From the NCBI RefSeq assembly GCF_018977255.1, contig NW_024704742.1, positions 74,030,001 through 74,094,000 of the forward strand: DNA of 64,000 bases, given 5' to 3'. Source of the stretch: Callorhinchus milii (Eukaryota). The notes under the pieces were generated by a model. The model made no database searches. It was not told where the DNA came from and was given only the letters and a program-made list of their open reading frames with translations. The position numbers were made by a program, and so were the translations under genes. Shown in pieces: positions 18,492 to 30,400 of this stretch (position 1 is its first letter; each line of letters opens with the position of its first letter).

Positions 18492-21400
18492 GTAAATACC
18501 AGTAGATACAAAATACAGAATAACATGTTATCTTTCGTACTGTGTGAAGGTTATTCTTGTAAGGATAGTAAGAACTGCATAAAATAATTGATACATTGTG
18601 TTGCAGAGAAGGAAAATGAAGTTTTTGTATTTGAGCACCTCAATGTGTTATTGACATGATAAATGTCAAAATGTCAGTGAAAATAATACTACTTGCATGT
18701 GGTATAGCTCATTTCACATAGGGAGTATATCCCAAAGCACTTTACAGGATATACTTTAAAGTGTAGTGACTGTATGTTTTGTGGGTGAACATGGCATCCA
18801 GGTTGTGCACAGCAATGTCCCACAATCAGCCATGAAGTGAATGACCTGTTTTATTGTGGGATTGTTGGCCTTGACACTCGGTGAAACTCCCTTCTCTTTT
18901 CAAGTAGTGGATTCTTTAACGTTCACCTGGACAGGCAGATGGGTGTTTGGTTCAATGTCTCACCTGAAGTAAGGCACCTCCAACAATGTAGCACACCCCA
19001 GCACTGAATTGGAGTGTTAGCTTAGACTATATTAGTTTTAAGTGCCGATGTGATGCATGAACCTACAACATCTGACTGAGGTGAGAGTGCTATCACCAAC
19101 TGAGCCAAGGTGATGTACTAAGAAGATGGAAAATTAATGTATATCCCCATGTGCTGGAATGTAACGCAGATTGTTGGTGAGATAAGACCTTCAGAGAGCT
19201 ACTAGCTTGAAAATCTGATTTGAGCCTAGCTTTGAGGAATTAGCCCATTGTGGTTCTCCTATCCTGACAAAATCCACTCCTGAAGAGCTTTTCTAAGTTC
19301 AAAACGGGGAGAGAGAGAGGGAACTGCCCAGGCTGGTTTGTTGCTTTTACAAGGTGCCTTTGGACTTCTGCTGCTCTTATCTGAGGTTCAGCAAAAGACA
19401 GTCTAATTCAGTGGGCATTAGAGCTTTTGGATCACCTAGCTGATTGATGATGGATATTGTGGAATTGGACTTCTGAAAATGCAGCAAACTCCCAACACTG
19501 CACTGGAGCATCAACCTAGTATGTGAGCTCAATTCCCAACATGTGGTTTGAACTTCCCAACCTTCTGATCATCTGAGCCAGACTTACATCTGAATAAATG
19601 AATGAAATATCAGGACATCGTGATAGTAAAAATGGCATATATAGTAATGAATAATTTTTAAGTGCTCTGAGATGCTATCCTGCGTGGAGGGCGCTATATA
19701 AGTGCAAGTTGTTGTTGTTGAATTGCATTAGTAAAACAATTTAAAAGATTAATTTAGGCACATATGACTATGTCTTGGTGTCTTGTTTGACTTCAACTGC
19801 CCTCTATATCTCACATCTGTGCTCTGACCCACTCAACTTTGCCTCACCTCCGAAATATTGTCTGCCTTTGCCACTACATCTCCCCTCGGACCAGCGAGAT
19901 TCTCATCTATGCAGTTTCAGGCTTGACTCCCCACTCTTCCCAACACAAACCATCTAGAACTCTGCAGCTTGTGTCCTTTCCCGCACCAGGCTCCACCTCC
20001 ATCCACGTATATCCCCCAATTGCTTATTTTGCCCAAATCTATCCTAGAATATAGGAATGTTTGTTGCTGTAAAGGTGATGGTCAGACCATATTTAAGGTA
20101 CGCTGTAGTGTTTGCTACTTGATCCTTGAAAGGATGCAGAAGTGAGCAAGTAAATCTTAGGAACCTAAGATGGTTAAGGAAGTTAGGCAATGGACAGGAT
20201 GGAAAAATCAATGCTGGGAAACCAAAAAGATACTTCTATAATTGTTTATCTCCACTAAATTACTTTCTTTTGGTCAGGTGGGTTTGACACATGCTTAATA
20301 GTATTCCACATGCTACATTCCACATGAATGCATCTACATATGGAAATTTCCCTGTGTCTGGAATGGAATGCGCACTCTCTTCTGGATGAACACACCCTGT
20401 TTACTTAATTTTGGAAAGCATGAGTTGCCAGGCATCAAGAATTGAGGCTTTGGAAACCTTGAGCACTGTCATTGAGAGTACTATTTGGCATGGTTTCTGC
20501 TGCTTGTCCATCCTATCCATTAGGGTTTGGGCTTTCAGGGTTAACACAAACCGAGTGGGAAAAATCTCTTGGTTTGCCCTCCAAATTATACCAATGACCT
20601 AGGCCAGGGATAACCAACTTGAGGCCCGCGTGACTATTTTACATGTGCGTGATGCAGCCCACCGGCAGCATTGGCCATCCGTGGTTTAGCCTATAATGGA
20701 ACTGGACTACCAAGACCACCACAGAGGATTAATTCAATTTCGACATTCCATTGCCAAGCATGCATTTGATCAGCATGTTCCCTGTCATGTCCAGTTTAGT
20801 AGGCTCAGCAAAGCTAGTTTTTGTTCCAAATTATTGATGTACAACATAAATCGACCTAAGCACAGATCCTTGAGGCACATTGAGATTTATGTGGATCTGT
20901 ATGCAGCTCCATGTATGAACATTTCTTTCTGTGATCTAGCCAATTTGTAATCCATCATAGAAATTCCACTCTTCTCTCCCTTTTTACCTTGTGAACCAAT
21001 CGCTTGTGTGGCATTATCAAAAGCTTTGCTTAAATTTAAAGTTGTAACAATCAGAGTTCCCTTTGTTTGCAAAGTCATAATTTCTCACAGAACTCCAATA
21101 TGTTTGTCATATGATCTCTTTCCCGTAAAGCAATGCTGAGGCCCTATCATAATTCTATATTTTTCCAGGGGCTTTAGTGTTCTCACCTTTAGGATGTTTT
21201 CAGTTTTTCCCTACAGCTGATGTCGGGCTTAGAGGTGTACAGCTTCCTGGGTTTTTTTTTTTCTCTTTTTTGTAAATTGATTAGATTTGATTCCTTGGCA
21301 AAGATGAGACTGTAAGTTGATCGTTGGACATTTTCAAGGTATGGAGGAGATTCACCAGTTTGATTGAGCAAATTGTTCCAATGTGAAGGATTCAAGCATT

Positions 21401-24400
21401 AAGGGACAAAAGTTCAAATCAGAAAGTTAAGAGGAAAGAAATCTTTACACATGCTGCAGTTTGTCTTGTGTAATAGTGATATGATGAAAAGGTACATAGC
21501 TAGGATTGAGAACGATGGAATAGGGATAATCTTGTGAGACCCAATGACCTTTATTGTTGTAATAACACCAAATTGCATTTATTTACATTTATCGCCTTTC
21601 ACGTCGCGAGATTATCCCAAGTGCTAGACAGTTGAGGGTTTGTACTCGAGGATGGGGTTGAATTTGAGAGGGTTGGGAGACAAAGGGTGTTGGCTGGGGG
21701 GTTCATACTGTCTTTGTGAGATGAAGTGTGCATCTGTGTAGATTAATGTGAAACATTTATTTGTTTTACAGTATTCTATTTTCAGAAAAAGTCAATCAGA
21801 AAGTAATGTAATCAAACAATTGTTGGCATTGTACACTCATAGCTGTACTCCAGTGTCAGCGAGAATCTTACTGGAAAAGGCACCTCTAAAGTAGTAGTGA
21901 TAATTGTTTTTCCTCCTGAGAAATAGAAGTGGTTGTTTCATGTTACCCTCCAAACATTTTCTCCATTCCATTGAAACCATACTGAATTTCTTGTGTATTT
22001 CAGTTTATTACTTTTAAGTGAGGATAATCAATCATTTTTTTAAACTACTTCAACTTTGTGCCTTCTCATGGAATCCATCATAGCTCTTACTGGATGGCGT
22101 TTGTTTTCCATGGAATTTATACTTTTGTCATTGGCGCAGCAGCAGCAGTTAAACAGCTCGTATAGAAATGCTAACATAACCAAGCTGATAACAGCAAGAA
22201 CAAACAACAGTAAAATGACAAAGCAGGCTATGTTCCAGCTATCGTGAAATAACTTTGTATCTTGAACTTGAAGCTGAATGTCATGATGAAGTGATGCACG
22301 GTTGTTGATAAAGAGCCACGTTTCACTGACGTTCTGTGTTATCATGCTGAGAAATGAGGTGGGGCAGCGCTCTTCTTCACTTCACAACCTGTGAATAGTT
22401 ACAAATATTTTGAAGTTACCAGAATTCCTTTGACCACATTTGTCTATAACACGGGCACTAAAAAAACAACCCGGCAAGTTGTGTTTCAAATGGCTGTGGT
22501 TCTGTGCAATCGACCAGTGGGTCAACCAGTGTAAGGAACGATTTGTAACAGTAGAGTAAATAACTTCATAATGATGTAACATTTACAATCACACATTAGT
22601 CATGAAAATTAAATCATGTAAAAAGTCATTCCATAACCCTTTCATCAGTCCTGTAGCTCAGTGGTTAGAGCACTCACCTTGCAAGCGAGAGGACCTGGGT
22701 TCTATTCTGGGCAGGGTGAAATGTTGGGAAAATTATCTTACTCCTCACGCCTCTGTTCACCTAGTAGTAAGCAGGAACCTGTTGTTAGTTGATTGCGTAT
22801 CACTTTTCCGGGGTAATAATACCTTTTTTTAAAAAAAATTGGTCTCTCAATTCATGACTGTGTGTGGGACACTGCTGTGCACAATTGGCTGCTGTGTTTT
22901 GTCCACAAAATATACAGACAATTAATTTTACAGTATATTCTATGAAGCACTTTGAGATGTCTCGAAAACATGATGAGGCGATTATCAAATGCAAGGATTA
23001 TTATCATAATGCATATTTCCAGATAATTTTTAAAAATAATGTTTTGGAACTGCTTCTCCGAGTCCCTTTCCAAACTTGAACATGTTTTTTGTGGCATGGA
23101 GATCAGAAATTAATGTTGTATTCCCAAGCGTGGTCTTACCAGCATAAACACACTGAGCAAGTGTATTTATTGTTCTGGATACTTACGGCAGTATTTGGTT
23201 TGGTTTTCAAATATGAATCAGTGCACAACTTTAGTGTCTGGTTTGATCCTCAGCTCTCCTTTCTCTTCTCCCTGCCCCCCCCCCCGCCACCACATCATCC
23301 AATCCCTGTACAAAATTGCTTTTCTTCACTTCTGCCATGCTGCCCGCCTCCACCACTTCTGCCATGCTGCCCGCCTCCACCACTTCTGCCATGCTGCCCG
23401 CCTCCACCACTTCTGCCATGCTGCCCGCCTCCACCACTTCTGCCATGCTGCCCGCCTCCACCACTTCTGCCATGCTGCCCGCCTCCACCGCGATCTCACA
23501 CCAACTGCCACCAAAACCCTTATCAATGTCTTTTTTACCTCCAGCCTTCCAATGCACATATTACTTGTCTCCATAGCTTTGCCATCCTAAATTTCATCTT
23601 ATTCAAAACTCTTGCTACCTACAACCTCATCATCTCCAAATTCCATACACACAGTCCTCACCGGGCTCCACAGGTTCCCTATCTTAAAGGAGATCAACTT
23701 TGAAGTCCTCACCTATAAATCTCTTAAAATCCTATCACCTCCCTATCACTCTGGTCTGCTCCTACCTTGCTCCTCTGCTCGTCCACTATGCTCGGCAAGC
23801 TCGCACATGCTGGTGCCTCTCTGAGACATCATTGATGGCTGAATCTCAAATTCTACACCCCTAACCCCTGGCCATAACCTACCTTTTCGACTGCACCTAT
23901 GGTCACCTCCCCCATCTTCCCTCTCCCAAGCTCGATGGCTGATCCCACCTTTGTAAACAGCACCAACACATTATCCTACGTATAGGGCAAATTAGTGTTA
24001 TTATTGTTGTATTTTACTCTATTAAATTGACATTGATGAGTCTTCTGTCCTTTCCCCAAGTCCCTTTCTATGCCTTCAAAAAAAATTGGTCACTCAATCG
24101 ACGACTGTTTGTGGGTCACTGCTGCGGGTTTCGCCCACAAAATATACAGTCAATTCACTTTACCGTATATTCTGCGAAGAACTTTGAGATGTCTCGAAGA
24201 CATGATAAGACACTATATCAAATGCAAGGATTATTATTATTATTCTCCCTCAACTATTTCAATCTCAATCTGCCAATGTGGAATATTTAGCCTAGTTCAG
24301 TTGGTAGCACTTACCTCTGAGTTAGGAGGTTATGGATTCAAGCCCCATGTTGGAACTTTGAACTCATATAATCTACACCAGCAGTCCAATGCAGTGATCT

Positions 24401-27400
24401 GCTAGTATAGGGTATGATACATTGTTGGAAGTGCCATCCTTTAGATGAGATGGTATCCCATCTACCTATTCAAATGGAAGTGAAATTCAAAATTGGCACT
24501 ATTCAAAAAGAGAAAGGAGTTTCTCTTAATTTCCTGGCCAACAATCCCCCCCCACAATAACATTGAAGCATGGAAATGAATGACAGATTTTATCTGGAGG
24601 ATTATTGGCTGGGAAATTAGGAGAAACTCCTTTCTCTTTTCGAATAGTGGCATGGGATCTTAAAACCTCCACCTGATCAGGTAGTTGGTTTAACAACTCA
24701 TCAGAAAGAGTCCTACCTCACGAACCATCAGCAGTACATCTGCACAAACAGTTTCTCCTCCCGCTCTCATCCGGTTACCTGCAGGGTACCCCAAGGATCC
24801 ATCCTTGGCCCTCTCCTCTTCCTAATCTATATGCTCCCTCTTGAGCATGTCGTCTGCAGACATGGGGTACACTTACACATGTATGCGGACGACACCCAAC
24901 TCTATTTTTCCACCTCACTTTGCAACTCCCAGTCCCCTGATGTTCTGTCAGCCTGCCTGTCAGACCTCAGGAGATGGATGAGCGCCAATTTCCATCAGCT
25001 AAATGTTGACAAGACGGAAGCCATACTCTTTGGCTCTCGTCAACGTCTAAAATCTCACGGCTCACACCTCCTCCACCTACCCGACCTCCCCCTAAAACTC
25101 TCCGAACCTGTACGCAACCTAAGCGTCATGTTCAATCCCCAATTATCCTTCCTCCTCCACATCCGGTCCCTCACCAACACCTCCTTCTACCACCTCCGAT
25201 GCATCGCCTGTCTCCACCAATACCTCACTCCAAAAGCCACTGAAACCCTGGTCCATGCCTTTGTCACCTCTCGACTGGACTATTCAAATGCCTTCCCCGC
25301 CGGTTTCCCCTCCACTACCATTCATAAATCCAGGTCATCCAAAACTCTGCCGCCTGCATTCTTACCCGCACCAAACTCTGCTCCCGATTACCCCAGTCCT
25401 TGCCAGACTGCACTGGCTGCCTATCCCAGAGAGGATCAACTTCAAGATCCTCACTCTTGTCTTCAAATCCCTCCACTCCTCTGCAGCCCCCTACCTCTCT
25501 GACCTCCTCTCTCCTCAAGACAGTACCCGTTACCTTCGTTCCTCCGAGGAAGTCGCAGAAATGCTGGCACAAATCATTCACAAATCATTGAATACTGGAG
25601 AGCTGCTAGGGGACTGGGGAAAGGCAGATGTTACTCCTATTTTTAAGAAAGGTAACAAAAGTGACCCAGGAAACAACAGACCAGTAAGTTTGACGTCCAT
25701 TGTGGGTAAAAATATTGAGACTTATTGAGGATAAAATTGTGGAGCACCTGGACAGATGTAAACTCATAAATGAGAGTCAATATGGGTTCATGAAGGGGAG
25801 AGCCTGACAATCTAATTTACTGTTTTTCTTTGATGGGGTGAAAAGGGAGCTTGATAAGGGTAAGGCTGTGGATGTTGCATATCTGGATTTCAATACGTGC
25901 TTTGATTCAGTTCCTCTTGAGAGGCTGGTACTGAAAATAAAGAAAGCAGGAATCAGTGGAAGTATATTACAATGGATATGTAATTGGTTGACCGGAAGAA
26001 CTGAGAGGGTGGTTGTACAGAAAATGTCATCATACTGGGAAAATGTTACCAGTGGAGTTCCACAAGGGTCTGTTTTGGGACCTTTTTAGTGGGGAAATCC
26101 TGCCACTGTTTAAACCATTGGTGAGACCATACTTAGAGTACTGTATACAGTTCTAGTCGCTGCAGCACAAAGAGGATATCGGAGAAATTGAGAGGATACA
26201 GGGGAGGGCAACCAAAATGGTTGAGTGAATGGAGGGACTGGACTATGAGAAGCGACTAAGTAAATTGGGCATGTTCACGCTGGAAAAGAGAAGATTGACA
26301 GGTGACATGATTGCTCTCTTTAAGATTCTAAAGGGGCAAAACAGTATAGATCACAACAGGCTGTTTCAACTTATCCAGAATAGTAAAACCAGAGAACAGG
26401 GCCTGCGATTGAAGGGAGGGAAATTCAGAACAAATCTATGGAAATACTATTTCAGTGAGCGAATAGTAAACCTATGGAACAGGCTCCCTGGGGAGACAGT
26501 TGAAGCAGGAAGTGTTGATTCCTTCATACACAAATTAGATAGATTTCTTTTAGGAAATAACATTATGGGATACAGTACATGGGTAGTTTGGGACATATGT
26601 GCATGTGACCGCCAGGAAGGTGGAAGGTGAACTAGATGGACCTTGGTCTTTCTTTCGTATAGCATTTCTCATGTTATTAAGGGATTTTCTCCTGGTCTCT
26701 TGGCCAACATTTATCTGTTTGTCAAATTTTGTTCAAATGGCTGACTGCTGTGTTGATACTACATATGACTGCTTATGAATTGCTTTGAAATGTATAGAAA
26801 TGATAAATGCAAAGTCTTTCTCTTTTTGGAAGAAATGTAGAGCCTTCACTTTAGACTGAAGCCTGCTGCCATTGCCATCTGTGAAAAATGTACAAACAGG
26901 AGACACTCCAAGACTTCTTGTTAACAGGAACAGTGTAGTTACCATAGCATAGAATCTTAGAAATTTACGACGCATAGGAGGCTATCAAACCCACTGAGTT
27001 TGCACCGACCGGCAAATAGTTATTACATGGAATATTACAGCATGGAAACTGGCCATTCAATTCGAGTCTGCACCAGTATTTATACTCTACATGAGCTCTA
27101 CCCCTTGTAATACAACCCCTCCCATACCCTCTATTCTCCTCTCCTTCATGTATGCATCAAGTTTCCTCTTAAATACAATGATGCTTTCTGCTTCAACCAC
27201 AGTTTTGATTCACATTCTCACCACCCTCTGCGTAGGGAAGGTCCTCCTAAGTTCTGTTTTAGGTTATCTGTTGGCTATCATATATTTATGTCCACTTGCT
27301 TTGGACTCGCTAACAAGTGGAATGTTTATTTTCTTTACCACATATTTTAAATATACTAAAAAATTGGATTTTTTTAAAAAACATTGCTCTTGATCAGATA

Positions 27401-30400
27401 ATAACATATAAGCATACTGGTTATTGCAAAAATCAATGAATGCGACAACAGTAAATCACATTTAAAATACCCTTTCCCATCTACACCCTTCTATTTCAGA
27501 TGCTCTGCAGGATGTTATGCAGCACAAAGACAATGATGTTGATTGCCTCGATCGCTTTCTTGTTCATTTTTAACCCATTGTAATCCTGTTAAGTTTTCTG
27601 GAAGCTGTTTTTTAAATCTGAAATAAGCATTAAAAATCCTTATCTAATTATCTAGTGCAGATTATCAATAAAACAAAGGCAATGGAGAAAGGCATCAGCA
27701 CAGCCGTTTTTCAAAATGTGTAGATAAAATGCCTTTCTGTCTCTGAAATGAAATCCTGCTCACTTGTGATGGATAAAACCTGACTCAAAAAAGAGCCTCG
27801 ATTCACCTACCTGTCTTTCTGGAGGAGCTGCAAGATGTGCTTGTAACCAGAAATGGTGTAATGTGATCTGTGATGGTTGGAGCCTATACTGAATAAAAGA
27901 GGAACTGAAACTGGCTTCTATTTGCTAAGAATGAATGTGATCATCACTGGCACATTTTCATTGGTATTGCTCTCTCGAGGGTGGGACTCCAAGGTTCATA
28001 AATTAGGAAAATGCCTTCTGCCCTTATTAATGTATTCCCAAAAAATCCCAAATGTTTATTCCTGCGGAAGATAAACAATTATATATGACATAAAGGAAGA
28101 TTAAATACAAATCTATATATCATTGCATTTATTCCACATCCTCCCCCGAATGTATTGAGTCCTCCTGGAATATAGTGCCACAATAAAGGCCACTAGGAGG
28201 GTTGACAGAGCAGTCATGAATATGGATCTTTTTCTTATTAATATTTATCTGCTTCTTTTCCAGAGAATGGATCTTTCAATTACAGAGGACTTCCAGGAAG
28301 CAGTGGGTATAAATTTGGAGTCCTTGCTAAAATTGTCAACTACATGAAGGTAAAGTAACTTTTGAATCCTGTTACTGGTACGTTTGATGTTTGTTTTCCC
28401 TGACTATAGTACAGACATTGAATAATTCCAGGATTTGACATGGATGAGGAACTGAAGCTAATTGCTGAAACATGAATTATCTTAGGAATTTTACTGCACC
28501 TGATAAATCAAATTGGTCAAAGCAACAATTATTTCTTGTTTCACTTCCACCAAAACAATAATAATTTTCCTTGCTATTTAGCAGGAATGTAAAATTGTTC
28601 CAATAAATTAATTTTGTAACGTTTTGATGGTGCTAACAATGTAAAAAAAAATAAAAGGCAGATTTTGACAAAAGTACTGCAATTTAATCTAAGAATTGTT
28701 AATATTGTCACCTGATTTATTTCAGGTTGCATTTCCGCACCTAGTGCTGGCAGTGAAATATATAAATCATGCATTTACTTACTCTCTTATTACCCATAGA
28801 ACCCTAGCTATTTATAGCACAAACGAAGCCCATTCAGTCTCTTTAATCTACAATCCTTTAATGTTATTTTTTTGATGGTGCTAATTGATTTAGGATACAC
28901 TCTTTTTCTGGCTTCTGATCCTCACATCCATCTATCCTATGGGAAAGTATTTGCTGGATGCTTGTAAATGTTGTACTTGTGCATCCTCTCATTCAACTTT
29001 CATGAACCTAGTTTGCTCTTATGATTCTTTTATTTGCTGTTTCATTTCTCCTTCAATCTCATCTTTCTCTAGTTTAGCTGTGTCTTCATAATTTGGAATC
29101 ATCCTCTTGTTCTCTGAACTCTTTCCAATGCATCAATTTCTGTTTGGATGTAGAATGCTACACACTGTATCCCAGGCGGGGCCTCACAAATTAGTGATTC
29201 ACGTGATATCAGAACAAATTGTTTTTGACTTTTCATAATGTTCTCCAATTCATTCCAGAGTATAATTTGTCTTGTTGACAACTACCTTATTCCCTTTATT
29301 GAATAACACGGTAGGGTTTGCTGTTCCACAGGCCGTTGTTGTCCTTCAAAATCTTTAAAATTACTAAGCAGGCATTTAATTCATCGGGTTTGTTCATAAT
29401 ACATGCCTGGCTGAACTCTACATCTGTTGTTTTTTTTCTGACCCAAATTACTGGATCTGGGATTTCTCCAATGGTGCTTTGTGCCAACTGGCTGCTAATG
29501 AGAACAGCATACTACAGACCAGAGGATCAATTTATCTCTTGTATGGGATGTGCATGTGTAGCTTCTGGTATCCTGCCATGTAACATATCCAGTTTCTCCA
29601 TGTACATCTAGAGAAAACTTGTGTTTGATGAACAACATCAAAATAAAAGTGCTTCACATATAATTGACTGTATCTGTAGGCAATTGGAGCAGCTAATAAT
29701 TTGTTTACCACAGTGTCCCACCCACAAACAACAAAAATAAATAAATGACTTATTTATAATAATATACCAATTTATATTAAGGATTATTGGCCAGTATTCC
29801 TTCTCTTTTCATATTGTGACTTTGGATCTTTAATACCCACTTGATCAGGCAGATGGGATTTCTGTTTAATGTCTCATGCAAAGGATGCGCCCTCCAATTC
29901 AGTGCTTCCTCAGTACCAGACTGGACTTTGAGATCACTGCATTGGACTGAGCTCAGTTCCTGAGCGGGGGCATGAATAGAGTTGAGGAATGAATCCACTA
30001 TCTTCTGACACAAAGGATTACCAGCTGAGCCTAGCTGACACTGAAATTGGGATTTTCTGGAGAAAAGCCTTTTTTGGGAATAGGTGACCCGGAATTCTGG
30101 AAGGGTTTACCAAAACGCCAGTAGACCCTCAAAAGACATTTTACTAAGGCACTTAAGATAATTTCACTACTCTGATTATGGTCAAATGCAGTTTAAGAAG
30201 TGCAGAACTCATTTAAAATAGGAGGAATGCAAAACAACAACTTGCATATAGCACCTTCACAGAGTGCTTTGCAGGGTCAGGGTTGGACACTAAACAACAG
30301 ACAGGGAAAGGAGGCCAAGGCACATTCAAAGAAGTTGGATTTGAGGCAGGATGTAAAAACAGAAAGAGCAAGTGAGACAGAGTAGCAGGGGTGGGAATTC

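Noticed and set aside
19278..19312. Hammerhead/Penelope-like remnants CTGAAGA...stem...AAAAC (also about 55483-55545)
   Set aside because: The GAAA core is absent and stems I/III cannot be built; too degenerate to call.
19185..19440. Weak similarity to 45840-45960 and 58845-59020, perhaps another repeat family
   Set aside because: Only short, degenerate matches; boundaries and class cannot be defined by eye.
24831..26630. RT-like ORFs as functional genes (also 35123, 37129, 56439, 62607)
   Set aside because: Truncated, frameshifted LINE fragments; no intact ORF2 in the window.
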